Positions 1 to 10,749 of a DNA stretch of 64,000 nt are shown here, in pieces. Origin of the DNA: an uncultured Nitrospiraceae bacterium (GTDB lineage: Bacteria; Nitrospirota; Thermodesulfovibrionia; Thermodesulfovibrionales; Dissulfurispiraceae); assembly GCA_963727805.1 (NCBI GenBank), contig CAVSHF010000003.1, forward strand, positions 1,408,001 through 1,472,000. Direction: 5' to 3'. The position numbers and the translations under genes are program-made. The first letter of the stretch is position 1. Each line of letters begins with the position of its first letter. Under the pieces are notes generated by a model that had not been told where the DNA came from, searched no databases, and was given only the letters and a program-made list of their open reading frames with translations.

Positions 1-2102
1 ACCGGCGCATCAGGCCGCAAAAGCGGGACCGCCTGTCTCTGCATGTTTGATCCCATAAGGGCTCTGTTAGCATCGTCATTTTCAAGGAACGGAATCAGTG
101 CTGCTGAAACGCCGACGATCTGCTTCGGCGAAACGTCCATGTACTGGACCTCTTCCGGTGTAAGTATCCTGAAATCATGGCCAACCCTCGCTGACACCGG
201 GCCAAGCAGATGCCCTTTCTTGTCAAGTGGCGACGTTGCTTCCGCGATAATGAATCCTTCACCTTCCGAAGCAGAAAGATAGACAATCTCGCTGGTGGCC
301 CTGCCGTTGACGACCTTACGATAAGGAGCCTCGATAAAGCCGAAATCATTGATCTTTGCGTAGCTTGCAAGAGATGTAATCAAGCCGATATTCGGACCTT
401 CAGGCGTCTCGATAGGGCATATCCTCGCGTAATGCGTCGGATGTACGTCTCTTACCTCGAACCCTGCCCGTTCCCTCGTAAGTCCACCCGGCCCGAGGGC
501 AGACAATCTTCTTTTATGTGTGATTTCCGAGAGCGGGTTGGTCTGGTCCATGAACTGGCTTAACTGGCTCGATCCGAAGAATTCTTTGACGGCAGCCAGG
601 ACCGGCTTAGCGTTGATCAGGTCATGGGGCATAGCCGTATCAAGTTCGGTAATGGTCATTTTTTCTTTAATGGCTCGTTCCATGCGGACGAGGCCGATCC
701 TGAACTGGTTTTCGAGGAGTTCACCAATCCCCCTGACGCGGCGGTTACCGAGGTGATCGATATCGTCCACCTCTCCTTTGCCGGTCCTAAGGTTGAGAAG
801 ATAGCGCACAATCTCGACAACATCCTTATCGGTTAACACCCTAACGTCGAGAGCGGTGTCAAGACGGAGCTTTTCGTTCACTTTCAAACGTCCTACGGAT
901 GAAAGATCATAACGCTTGGGATCGAAGAAGAGCCCACTGAAGAGCTCTTTTGCAGCATCTTCGGTCGCGGGCTCACCTGGTCTCAGTTTCTTGTATATTT
1001 CTTTCAATGCATCCTTCTGCGAACCTACCTTGTCTGTAAGTAGTGTCTCCCTGAAGGAGGGTAGATAACTAACATTATCAATAAAGAGAAGACGGAGAGA
1101 ACTGATCTTGAGAAACGTGATTTTCTGCAGTATGTCTTCCGTCAATTCCTTGTTGCTGTCAAGCACAATCTCGCCTGTTTTGGGATCGACAATATCGCTA
1201 AGGGTGACCCTGCCGACAATTTCGTTTCTCGGGATAGGAATTTCCTTAATTCCGACAGACTCGATCTTCTTGAGGGCAAGCTTAGTAATCTTGCTCCCTT
1301 CCTTTACGATAACTTCCTTGCTGTGAGGAGCTGTAATGCTATATTTAGACCTGATGCCGGAAAGCACGTGGCTTACGACCCTGGTGAAGTTCTCCCGGTC
1401 CTTGATTTTTATCTCTTCGACAGGATAGAAGGTCTTTAGCAAGTCTTCATTGGTATATCCAAGGGCTTTAAGGACAATAGTCGCGGGAAGCTTTCTCCGC
1501 CTGTCGATTCTCACATAGAGGATGTCCTTCGAGTCAAACTCGAAGTCGAGCCATGAGCCTCTCACGGGAATTACCCGCGCGGTATATAAAAGCCTTCCGC
1601 TTGCATGCGTCTTCCCTTTATCTGGAGCGAAATAGACGCCGGGAGAGCGATGCAGCTGGCTAACGATAACCCTTTCAATTCCGTTTATGATAAAGCTACC
1701 CGTATCGGTCATGATCGGCATCTCGCCGATGTAGACTTCCTGCCCTCTCGATTCCTTCAATATCTTATTGTCTTTTTCGTCCTTTTCCCAGATGTTAAGT
1801 TTGACTTTGATCTTGAGCGGGGCAGCATAGGTAACGCCCTTAAGTATGCATTCGCGGGGAGATACCTTCGGCTCCCCGAGCACGTAGGAAATGAACTCAA
1901 TTGAGGTCGTGTCGTTATAGTCATTGATCGGAAAGACGCTGTTAAATGCAGCCTGCAGCCCCTCATCCAGCCTCTTTTCGTATGGTTCATCCTTCTGGAG
2001 AAACCGGTCGAAGGACTTCTTCTGGAATTCTACGAGATAGGGCACCCCTAATACGGGAGGTACCTTTCCGAAATTCATTCGCTCTCTTAAAAGCTTTGCC
2101 AT
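1..2102 (-). CDS. rpoB: RNA polymerase beta subunit (runs off window, 3' end missing)
   Basis: Manual translation: starts [14 protein letters not shown]; includes [25 protein letters not shown] near position 1-100; lies downstream of rplL. Confidence 0.97.
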   Translation of the reverse strand, partial: MAKLLRERMNFGKVPPVLGVPYLVEFQKKSFDRFLQKDEPYEKRLDEGLQAAFNSVFPINDYNDTTSIEFISYVLGEPKVSPRECILKGVTYAAPLKIKVKLNIWEKDEKDNKILKESRGQEVYIGEMPIMTDTGSFIINGIERVIVSQLHRSPGVYFAPDKGKTHASGRLLYTARVIPVRGSWLDFEFDSKDILYVRIDRRRKLPATIVLKALGYTNEDLLKTFYPVEEIKIKDRENFTRVVSHVLSGIRSKYSITAPHSKEVIVKEGSKITKLALKKIESVGIKEIPIPRNEIVGRVTLSDIVDPKTGEIVLDSNKELTEDILQKITFLKISSLRLLFIDNVSYLPSFRETLLTDKVGSQKDALKEIYKKLRPGEPATEDAAKELFSGLFFDPKRYDLSSVGRLKVNEKLRLDTALDVRVLTDKDVVEIVRYLLNLRTGKGEVDDIDHLGNRRVRGIGELLENQFRIGLVRMERAIKEKMTITELDTAMPHDLINAKPVLAAVKEFFGSSQLSQFMDQTNPLSEITHKRRLSALGPGGLTRERAGFEVRDVHPTHYARICPIETPEGPNIGLITSLASYAKINDFGFIEAPYRKVVNGRATSEIVYLSASEGEGFIIAEATSPLDKKGHLLGPVSARVGHDFRILTPEEVQYMDVSPKQIVGVSAALIPFLENDDANRALMGSNMQRQAVPLLRPDAP

Positions 2103-2207
2103 AGCTCTCCTTAAATATAGTTAATGGGTTGCAACGTTATCGAGTCGATGGATGAAAGAATCATTGCTGTCTTCTTCCACCCATCGCCCCATGTTCCCAT
2201 TGACGCT

Positions 2208-2585
2208 TTACTTGACCTCGACTTTTGCTCCTTCAGCTTCAAGTTTGGCCTTGACCGAATCAGCTTCTTCCTTGGAGACGCCGGCCTTGACAGCCTTGGG
2301 CGCCCCGTCGACGAGGTCTTTCGCCTCTTTAAGGCCAAGCCCAGTAAGCTCTCTGACGACCTTGATGACCTGAATCTTCTTGTCACCGGCAGCCATAAGG
2401 ACTACATCAAAACTCGTCTTCTCCTCGGCTGCAACGGGAGCGGCGGCGGCGGGAGCAGCCGCGACGGCAGCAGGAGCGGCTGCAGTAACACCATATCTCT
2501 CCTCGAATTCCTTGATAAACTGCGACATATCTAGGATGGTCATATTATCGATAAAACTAAAAACATCTTCCTTGGTAATAGCCAT
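2208..2585 (-). CDS. rplL: 50S ribosomal protein L7/L12
   Basis: [24 protein letters not shown] motif, Ala-rich hinge. Confidence 0.98.
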   Translation of the reverse strand: MAITKEDVFSFIDNMTILDMSQFIKEFEERYGVTAAAPAAVAAAPAAAAPVAAEEKTSFDVVLMAAGDKKIQVIKVVRELTGLGLKEAKDLVDGAPKAVKAGVSKEEADSVKAKLEAEGAKVEVK

Positions 2586-2614
2586 GTATCTGTTCCCTCC
2601 TTTAATTTGAAACG

Positions 2615-3136
2615 TTATTGGGTTTTTTGGTTTTTAACTGCTTGAAGCGCGTAAGCAAACTGAACCACGGTGGCGTTCAACGCTCGGGCCAGCTTCGCAG
2701 CAGGCGCCTGGAAGGCCCCGGCGAGAATGCTGAGAAGAACCGTCTTAGAAGGCAGCTTAGAAATCTCCCTGATCTCATCAGTCGAATAGAACTTGCCATC
2801 GATGACACCGCTCTTCACCTTAAACTTATCATTCTTGCCGGCAAATTCAAGGACCTTTTTGGCAGCCGCCACCGGGTCATCATAGCCGAAAGCAAGACCC
2901 GTTGGTCCCGTCAGAACGTCCTTGGCGGCCTCGTATGCCGTTCCCTTTGCTGCCATCAGAACAAGCGTATTCTTGAAGACCTTGTACTCGGCGCCTGCCT
3001 CTTTCAGGTTTTTGCGTAGATGAGCGATCTGCGCAACCGTTAGCCCCTTGTATTCAGTAAACACAACGGCCTTCGATTTGGATAATTTCTCCGTTAAGTC
3101 CGCAAGCTGTTTGGATTTTTTCTCTTTGGTAATCAG
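2615..3136 (-). CDS. rplJ: 50S ribosomal protein L10 (probable non-ATG start, CTG at 3136)
   Basis: EYKGLTV...LRK...KVFKNTL motifs; SD AAAGGAGG 6 nt before CTG; synteny. Confidence 0.93.
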   Translation of the reverse strand: MITKEKKSKQLADLTEKLSKSKAVVFTEYKGLTVAQIAHLRKNLKEAGAEYKVFKNTLVLMAAKGTAYEAAKDVLTGPTGLAFGYDDPVAAAKKVLEFAGKNDKFKVKSGVIDGKFYSTDEIREISKLPSKTVLLSILAGAFQAPAAKLARALNATVVQFAYALQAVKNQKTQ

Positions 3137-3241
3137 AATGATCCTCCTTTCCCAGAGACTGCGTTGAGCAGGTAGCGATTGTCGTGCCACGGGTACAATG
3201 AAATCGAATCACTGCATGACATCCCGTGTTCTTCTTTACCA

Positions 3242-3354
3242 CCGTCTCGGCAGGTGGGGACTCCCCCATTAAACAAGTAACAGGACGATGCGAATCCTAG
3301 TTCCATCAAGTATTCACACGGCCGATTACTAATACTGTACCTACTGTCTCTGAC
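3242..3354 (-). promoter_or_regulatory. L10 leader (rplJL autoregulatory RNA)
   Basis: GTCAGAGACAGTAGG ... TTAAT ... CCTGCCGAGACGG arms typical of L10 leaders, between rplA and rplJ. Confidence 0.7.
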
Positions 3355-3440
3355 GCTGTAATTACAGGCAAAGCCTGTTATATCAAAGGAAACTCCGTCT
3401 GCACCGCTAGACACTATGTTCAACGCAGGCAGAGCACCCT

Positions 3441-4130
3441 TTATGCAATTCTTAATTTTGCCACATCCAGTTTCAGGCCCGGCCCCATCGTCGATGAGAC
3501 TGTGACCTTCTTTATATATTTGCCTTTCGATGCCGCCGGTTTCGCCTTTGAGATCGATTTCATCACCGCAACTGCATTATCGACAAGTTTTTCCTTTTCA
3601 AACGAGGCCTTTCCGATGGGCACATGAATGATGCCGGCCTTTTCAGTCCTGTACTCAACCTTACCGGCTTTAATCTCTTTGACGGCCTTGGCGATATCGA
3701 AAGTGACTGTGCCAAGCTTCGGGTTTGGCATGAGACCTCTGGGTCCGAGAACCTTCCCGAGCTTTCCCACAAGACCCATGACATCTGGGGTTGCCACAGC
3801 CTTGTCGAAGTCCAGCCATCCCTTTTGGATCTTCTCGACGAGGTCTTCGGCCCCGACAAAATCAGCCCCGGCATCCCTCGCCTCTTTTTCCTTCTCGCCT
3901 TTGGCAAAAACGAGAACCCTCACAGTCTTTCCCGTGCCGTGGGGTAGAACGACAGTGCCTCGTACCATCTGATCAGACTTTCTCGGGTCTACTCCGAGGT
4001 TAAAGGCCATATCCACCGTTTCGTCAAATTTGGCATAAACGCTTTCCTTCACAACCGCGAGGGCCTCTTCAAGGACATATTCGTTATTTACATCAATCTT
4101 CGCCATCATATTGTCATACTTCTTACCCAT
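3441..4130 (-). CDS. rplA: 50S ribosomal protein L1
   Basis: [25 protein letters not shown] motifs; ATG at 4130 after GGAG. Confidence 0.98.
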   Translation of the reverse strand: MGKKYDNMMAKIDVNNEYVLEEALAVVKESVYAKFDETVDMAFNLGVDPRKSDQMVRGTVVLPHGTGKTVRVLVFAKGEKEKEARDAGADFVGAEDLVEKIQKGWLDFDKAVATPDVMGLVGKLGKVLGPRGLMPNPKLGTVTFDIAKAVKEIKAGKVEYRTEKAGIIHVPIGKASFEKEKLVDNAVAVMKSISKAKPAASKGKYIKKVTVSSTMGPGLKLDVAKLRIA

Positions 4131-4140
4131 CGTCGTCTCC

Positions 4141-4569
4141 TTAATCCTTGATATCAACGCCCATGCTCCGCGCCGTGCCCTTGATGATCATCTCAGCGGC
4201 TTCGATGGACGTCGTGTTGAGGTCAGGAAGCTTTGTCTTTGCTATTTCCTTAACCTGAGCATTTGTGATCGCACCCACTTTCTCCTTATTCGGAACCCCA
4301 GAGCCCTTGACAACTCCTGCCGCCTTCTTGATAAGCTCGGAGGCTGGAGGCGTCTTGAGTATAAAGGTGAAGGACCTGTCGTTGTAGATGCTCAGCACCG
4401 CAGGCACAAGAGTGTCACCCATTTTCTGGGTCTGGGCATTGAACTGTTTACAGAACTCCATAATATTAATTCCGTGTGGGCCGAGGGCTGGTCCAACAGG
4501 CGGCGCAGGATTAGCCTTCCCCGCAGGGATAACAAGTTTAACTAGTGCTACTACCTCTTTCTTAGCCAT
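4141..4569 (-). CDS. rplK: 50S ribosomal protein L11
   Basis: [28 protein letters not shown]. Confidence 0.98.
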   Translation of the reverse strand: MAKKEVVALVKLVIPAGKANPAPPVGPALGPHGINIMEFCKQFNAQTQKMGDTLVPAVLSIYNDRSFTFILKTPPASELIKKAAGVVKGSGVPNKEKVGAITNAQVKEIAKTKLPDLNTTSIEAAEMIIKGTARSMGVDIKD

Positions 4570-4672
4570 CTATTTCCTCCTCATCGAGTTCGGGAGTTAC
4601 AGAATTAAAGCATCATGGAGTTTCTAACTCCTCACCTCTTCAACCCTTTAACTCTTTATCTTAATTTTACAA

Positions 4673-5197
4673 TCATGCCTTTTCAGCTTGCGCGAATGAA
4701 AGTTCGACAGGCGTCTGCCTGCCGAAGATGCTCACCATCACCTTGAGTCTGCCGTGGTCCATATCGACGTCGTCGATATACCCGACAAAATTCGTAAAAG
4801 GACCATCGGTAATCCTAACGTTTTCTCCCTTTTCGAAGTGGGTCTTAACAACAGGAGCAGGGCCCTTTTCAAGCTGCTGAATGATGACATCGACTTCCTC
4901 CTCGGGTATCGCCACGGGCTTGGTGCCACCAACAAATCCGGTAACTCGAAGAGTATTCTTTATCAGATACCAAGTCTCGTCATCAAGTTCCATCTCGACG
5001 AGTATATAGCCGGGATAAAACTTCCTGTCGCTTTCCCTCTTCTTTTTACCGCGAATCTCGATAACCTTTTCGGACGGTATGAGTATCCGACCTATACTCT
5101 CTTCAATACCCTTCAGCCTAGCCTTTTCTTCAATTGCCAGTTTGACTTTCTCTTCGAATCCCGAATACGTATGAACTACATACCAGTTTTTCCCCAT
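4673..5197 (-). CDS. nusG: Transcription termination/antitermination factor NusG
   Basis: WYVVHTYSGFE, FYPGYILVEM, KOW GPFTNF, SIFGRQTPVEL. Confidence 0.98.
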   Translation of the reverse strand: MGKNWYVVHTYSGFEEKVKLAIEEKARLKGIEESIGRILIPSEKVIEIRGKKKRESDRKFYPGYILVEMELDDETWYLIKNTLRVTGFVGGTKPVAIPEEEVDVIIQQLEKGPAPVVKTHFEKGENVRITDGPFTNFVGYIDDVDMDHGRLKVMVSIFGRQTPVELSFAQAEKA

Positions 5198-5201
5198 CGC
5201 C

Positions 5202-5390
5202 CTACCTTAAGATCATATAGTTGACCAGCTTGCCGAGGCTGAAATCGATCATGCCGAGAAAGACCGATATAAAAAGCACCGTCACGATAACAACCCATGT
5301 CGAGCCGATGAGATCATCTTTCGAAGGATAGTTGACCTTCGCTGCTTCGACCTTCACTTCTCTAAAAAAATTCCTGATGCGCTGTATCAT
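5202..5390 (-). CDS. secE: Preprotein translocase SecE
   Basis: FFREVKVEAAKVNYPS plus one TM helix; between tRNA-Trp and nusG. Confidence 0.93.
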   Translation of the reverse strand: MIQRIRNFFREVKVEAAKVNYPSKDDLIGSTWVVIVTVLFISVFLGMIDFSLGKLVNYMILR

Positions 5391-5423
5391 TGCCGTCCCC
5401 TTCCGCAGGCACTCGCTCAAAAA

Positions 5424-5500
5424 TGGCAGGCCAGGAGGGATTTGAACCCCCAACCCTCGGATTTGGAGTCCGATGCTCTAGCCGTTAGAGCTACTGGCCT
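5424..5500 (-). tRNA. tRNA-Trp (CCA)
   Basis: Cloverleaf AGGCCAG...CTGGCCT-G-CCA, anticodon loop CT-CCA-AA, GTTCAAATC T-loop. Confidence 0.97.
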
Positions 5501-5651
5501 ATGCCTTAGTCTCCTTATGCGGTGTATGTTTTCTGCATTTCCTGCAGTACTTGCTGCGTTGCAGCTTATCCGGCGTATTCTTTTTGTTCTTCATAGTCGA
5601 GTAATTCTTGTTCTTGCACTCTGTGCACGAAAAAAGTATTATTTCTCTCAT
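5499..5651 (-). CDS. rpmG: 50S ribosomal protein L33 (Zn-binding, two CxxC), 50 aa, absent from ORF track
   Basis: [50 protein letters not shown]. Confidence 0.96.
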   Translation of the reverse strand: MREIILFSCTECKNKNYSTMKNKKNTPDKLQRSKYCRKCRKHTPHKETKA

Positions 5652-5654
5652 TGT

Positions 5655-6854
<1,200 letters not shown>

Positions 6855-6922
6855 TTCTCCTCCTTACGAACTCAAACTTCTCTAATTCGCTAAAAGTTTA
6901 TTACGTCAACAACCTTTTTCAA

Positions 6923-6995
6923 AGCCCATGACCGGAATCGAACCGGTGACCTCATCCTTACCAAGGATGTGCTCTGCCGACTGAGCTACATGGGC
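6923..6995 (-). tRNA. tRNA-Thr (GGT), CCA not encoded
   Basis: GCCCATG...CATGGGC-T, anticodon GGT, GTTCGATTC. Confidence 0.95.
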
Positions 6996-7059
6996 ACCAG
7001 TCCCGTGATGTGAATTCGACGATGCAATTTTGCACATCATCCATTATCCGTTACGTGTA

Positions 7060-7134
7060 TGGAGCGGGAAACGGGATTCGAACCCGCGACCCTCAGCTTG
7101 GAAGGCTGACGCTCTACCACTGAGCTACTCCCGC
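7060..7134 (-). tRNA. tRNA-Gly (TCC)
   Basis: GCGGGAG...TTCCCGC-T-CCA, anticodon TCC. Confidence 0.97.
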
Positions 7135-7182
7135 ATCTACTCACTTCCTTATCTTCTGCACTTCCGCACTATAAACTATTTA

Positions 7183-7267
7183 TGGTGGAGAGGGAAGGAT
7201 TCGAACCTTCGAAGGCAGAGCCAGCGGGTTTACAGCCCGTCCCCTTTGGCCACTTGGGTACCTCTCC
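7183..7267 (-). tRNA. tRNA-Tyr (GTA)
   Basis: GGAGAGG...CCTCTCC-A-CCA, anticodon GTA, long variable arm. Confidence 0.97.
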
Positions 7268-7360
7268 TCTTTCAAAGTAAGAAGTAGAAAAATGGGAGGA
7301 AATTCTCTTTCCCATACCTGTCTTTTTCACTTCTCCCTTCTCACACGCTACTTTCTCTGA

Positions 7361-7433
7361 AGCCACCGAAGGGATTCGAACCCCCGACCCACTGATTACA
7401 AATCAGTAGCTCTGCCAGCTGAGCTACGGTGGC
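7361..7433 (-). tRNA. tRNA-Thr (TGT), CCA not encoded
   Basis: GCCACCG...CGGTGGC-T, anticodon TGT; Thr-Tyr-Gly-Thr-tuf order as in tufB operons. Confidence 0.95.
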
Positions 7434-7444
7434 GTCAACTTATT

Positions 7445-7474
7445 AATATAAAGGCGATATTATATAATTGTCAA
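7445..7474 (-). promoter_or_regulatory. sigma70-type promoter of tRNA-tuf operon
   Basis: TTGACA-N18-TATATT just upstream of tRNA-Thr(TGT). Confidence 0.6.
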
Positions 7475-7558
7475 CCAAAATATTGCAACAACAACTGATA
7501 GAAAAGACAACTTTTTCTGCTTTATGCGCCTTGCGCTGCGCGATCTAGTCGATCAGCT

Positions 7559-8443
7559 TTACGATATGACCTTGTTTAACGGGTACTCAACGATACCCGA
7601 TGCCCCAGCGGCCTTGAGCTTGGGAATGAGATCACGGACCCGGCCTTCATTCGTAATAACCTCAAAGGCATGCCATCCCTTGTCGGAAAGTGGGGAGATA
7701 GTAGGGGAATGCATGGCCGCAAGGAGACTCAGCACTTTTTTGTATGCACTTTCAGGAACATTCATCTTGAGACCCACTTTTTCCTCAGCAGCGAGCGCAC
7801 CTTTGAGCAAAAGGGCAATGTTTTCCATTTTCTGGCGCTTCCACTTGTCCTTCCAAGCCATTTTATGGGCAACAAATCGCGTGGAGGACTCGATAATGGT
7901 CTCAACAATCCGCAGATTGTTGGCCTTGAGAGACGTACCGGTCTCGGTCAACTCAACGATGGCATCGGCCAGATACGGAGGTTTCACTTCCGTTGCGCCC
8001 CATGAGAAATCAACCTCGGCAGTGACACCTTTTGACTTGAGGTACCTCTTCGTATACCCGACAAGTTCTGTAGCGACCCTCTTACCCTGTAGGTCCTTGA
8101 TGCTCTTGATCTTGGAATCCATCGGGACCGCAACTACCCATCTCACCGGCCTGAATCCTTCTTTGCCGTATTGCAGTTCCGCTACCTCGACGACATCGGC
8201 ATTCTGTTCCCTGATCCAGTCGAATCCGGTTAGACCGCAGTCAAGATGCCCGTTTTCCACATACCTGGCCATTTCCTGGGCACGAATGAGCATGGATTGT
8301 ATTTCAGGATCATCAAAGACAGGATAGTAAGAACGGGAGGACACTGAAATGTGGTAGCCCGCCTTCCTAAAAAGTCGCAAAGTCGCCTCCTGAAGGCTGC
8401 CTTTGGGAAGGCCGAGTTTCAGTGAATTCTTTTTATTATTCAT
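7559..8443 (-). CDS. hisG: ATP phosphoribosyltransferase (long form)
   Basis: [31 protein letters not shown]-terminal regulatory domain. Confidence 0.96.
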   Translation of the reverse strand: MNNKKNSLKLGLPKGSLQEATLRLFRKAGYHISVSSRSYYPVFDDPEIQSMLIRAQEMARYVENGHLDCGLTGFDWIREQNADVVEVAELQYGKEGFRPVRWVVAVPMDSKIKSIKDLQGKRVATELVGYTKRYLKSKGVTAEVDFSWGATEVKPPYLADAIVELTETGTSLKANNLRIVETIIESSTRFVAHKMAWKDKWKRQKMENIALLLKGALAAEEKVGLKMNVPESAYKKVLSLLAAMHSPTISPLSDKGWHAFEVITNEGRVRDLIPKLKAAGASGIVEYPLNKVIS

Positions 8444-8631
8444 AGGTCGATCCCCTCGTTGAGCTGTCGATATACCTAATGGTAAGACGTTTATAATAAA
8501 TAGTTTGGCCCATCAAAGTCAATTCGACGTTGATAGCAGCCGAGCTTTCACATTGTTCACTGCGATTGAAAAGACCTGCCCAATATACGAAATGGAATGC
8601 CGACTTGTTATAGTCCCGGTCACCTAATATG

Positions 8632-8663
8632 AAAAAAAGGGGACGGAAGTTCCGTCCCCTTTT
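8632..8663 (-). terminator. Rho-independent terminator of the acs/coo cluster
   Basis: AAAAGGGGACGGAA-C-TTCCGTCCCCTTTTTTT hairpin with U tract. Confidence 0.85.
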
Positions 8664-8689
8664 GAAGCAGTTGCCAGCAGCTGAAAGCT

Positions 8690-10690
8690 CTAGAATCCCA
8701 GATGCGGTTTGGCGCCCTTTTCAATGTCACGACGGGCGGCCATGTCCATCAGAACCTTTTCAGTCCCGAATTTGCCGTATTCGTATTTTCTGAGCTTCAA
8801 CTCCGCTCTTGCCTTGTCAATGAAACCGAGAGTCATCTCAAGAATCTTCTCGACCTTCGGCTCAAATACGAAACAACCCTTGAACCGCTCCATCCAGACG
8901 TTTGTCATAAGGTCGGTAACGCCCGGCGCCGCCGAGAAGATATTTTCGCCGCCAAAGATTACCGGCACACCGGATGCGGCGACGTAACATGCAATCGCAA
9001 TGGCCTTTTCCGACATCCACTCAGGAGCGATACCGACAGCGGGCATTCCGCCAATCTCGTCGGAGAGTCCGCCCTCAGCTGCCATGGCGCTTGCAATGGT
9101 GAGTATCCTCGAGTTATCGACGCAAGAACCCAAGGCGAGGATCGGCGGCATACCCGTGGTTTCGCAGACCTGTCGAAGACCGGGGCCAGCCAGTTCGTAA
9201 GCAGCTTCCGGGGTCATATACCCTGCCATGCCGCAGGCATGCGAGCCGCAACCCGTTGTGATAACGAGAACATCTTGCTTGATCAACTCGGTAATCAAGA
9301 ACTTGTGGTTGGCCGTTGCAGGAAACCTAGTATTGTCGCATCCCACAACTGCCGCGACACCACGAATTCTTCCCGACATGATGGCATCGTTCAAAGGCCT
9401 GAATGATGCCCTCCACTTTCCGCCAAGCATGTATTCGATATATTCATGGGAGAAGCCAGTGACCATCGTATGCTTGTCCGCCTTCCCGCGGTAGCCCTCT
9501 TTAGTCCTGTTCGGGAAATTATCAATTGCGACCTTGATGATCGAACGGGCCAGCTCTTTGGCTTTGGTTTCATCGACCATAGGCATATGAATAGCTCCCG
9601 GCATCTGCGCCTTGACCGAGGTGGTGATGATCTTGGTATGGAACTTTTTAGCCACGTCCGCAACAGCCGGCATGATGCACTGGACATCGACAGTCATTGC
9701 ATCAACCATGCCGGTCAGGATTGCCAACTCCTGATTAGTAAAGCCTCCCAGCGTCGATATTCCATGCCTGACCAGTATCTCATTGGCAGTGCAGCACATG
9801 CCGGTGAGGTTAACGCCCTTGGCGCCCTTCGACTTGGCATAGTTAACAATCTCGGGTTCGGTCGATACCTCGACAAATTTTTCTGCCAAGTTGGGTTCGT
9901 GCCCGTGCACGACGACATTGACCATGTCGTCTTCAAATACTCCAAAATCCGCACGTGCCCTTAGCGGTTTCGGGGTGCCATAAAGGATATCAGTGACATC
10001 CGTAGCGATCATGGAACCCGCCCAGCCATCACCCAGTGCAGTCTTAAGACCTGTATTCAGCAGACTATCGGCATCAAGGTCAACACCAGTATGGGTCCTA
10101 TGCATCGCCTCGATAACCTCACGCTGAACTCCTCTGGGAACGATGTTATACTTTCTCCATCTCTCAAGGGTTTTCGCCGGAGCACGCTTGGCATAATTAA
10201 TCTCACCGCTCTGGCGTGTAAAGTCTTCAATGAGTTTATGTGCCACATCTTTTGCGACATCGTTTACAGGTCTTCCCTCAAATTCTATTTCGAGGATGCC
10301 GGCCACTTTATAAAGCTTTCTCACATCCTTGATCTCGAAATCTTTGGTATGCCCTTCGGCGACGGCAAGCAGCAGCATGGCCATGTCGAGACCATGGTCA
10401 GAATGAGCCGACGTGCCGGCAGCTATCATCCTTACTAAGTTTCTGGCAGCGACAGTATCGGTGGTAGCGCCGCATATACCTTTAGCATCTTCCTTGCTCG
10501 TGAGCCTGCAGGGACCCATGCTGCAGTTCTTGCAACAGGCACCGGTATGCCCGATCGGACAGGGTTTCATTTTTTCGGACCGATCGAAACACGTTTCAAT
10601 TCCTCTCTCTTCAGCCCACTGCAATATCTTTTCTGCGTCGGGATTCGCAGGTCTTACTTTGGCTTTCTTTTTCTCTTCTTTTTTCTCCAT
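8690..10690 (-). CDS. cooS: Anaerobic Ni,Fe carbon monoxide dehydrogenase catalytic subunit (AcsA/CooS)
   Basis: CPIGHTGACCKNCSMGPCR (D/B clusters), HGH, GMCCTANE, DVQC, VGCDN, TGCG, GSCVDNSR, WMSEKA. Confidence 0.97.
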   Translation of the reverse strand: MEKKEEKKKAKVRPANPDAEKILQWAEERGIETCFDRSEKMKPCPIGHTGACCKNCSMGPCRLTSKEDAKGICGATTDTVAARNLVRMIAAGTSAHSDHGLDMAMLLLAVAEGHTKDFEIKDVRKLYKVAGILEIEFEGRPVNDVAKDVAHKLIEDFTRQSGEINYAKRAPAKTLERWRKYNIVPRGVQREVIEAMHRTHTGVDLDADSLLNTGLKTALGDGWAGSMIATDVTDILYGTPKPLRARADFGVFEDDMVNVVVHGHEPNLAEKFVEVSTEPEIVNYAKSKGAKGVNLTGMCCTANEILVRHGISTLGGFTNQELAILTGMVDAMTVDVQCIMPAVADVAKKFHTKIITTSVKAQMPGAIHMPMVDETKAKELARSIIKVAIDNFPNRTKEGYRGKADKHTMVTGFSHEYIEYMLGGKWRASFRPLNDAIMSGRIRGVAAVVGCDNTRFPATANHKFLITELIKQDVLVITTGCGSHACGMAGYMTPEAAYELAGPGLRQVCETTGMPPILALGSCVDNSRILTIASAMAAEGGLSDEIGGMPAVGIAPEWMSEKAIAIACYVAASGVPVIFGGENIFSAAPGVTDLMTNVWMERFKGCFVFEPKVEKILEMTLGFIDKARAELKLRKYEYGKFGTEKVLMDMAARRDIEKGAKPHLGF

Positions 10691-10749
10691 TTATTCCTCC
10701 ACTGAACAGGTTATTACGGTTTAAATCTTACATCCTACTCGTTCTACTA

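Noticed and set aside
43..1990. Many short track ORFs over the first 2 kb
   Set aside because: Shadows of rpoB, which the track missed because it runs off the window.
6923..7433. Both tRNA-Thr genes lack encoded CCA
   Set aside because: Common in bacteria with CCA-adding enzymes; not evidence of pseudogenes or an integration site.
7524..8327. 267-aa + strand ORF and similar long antisense ORFs (e.g. 5866-6594, 8702-9406)
   Set aside because: Opposite-strand shadows of conserved genes, with no motifs or RBS.
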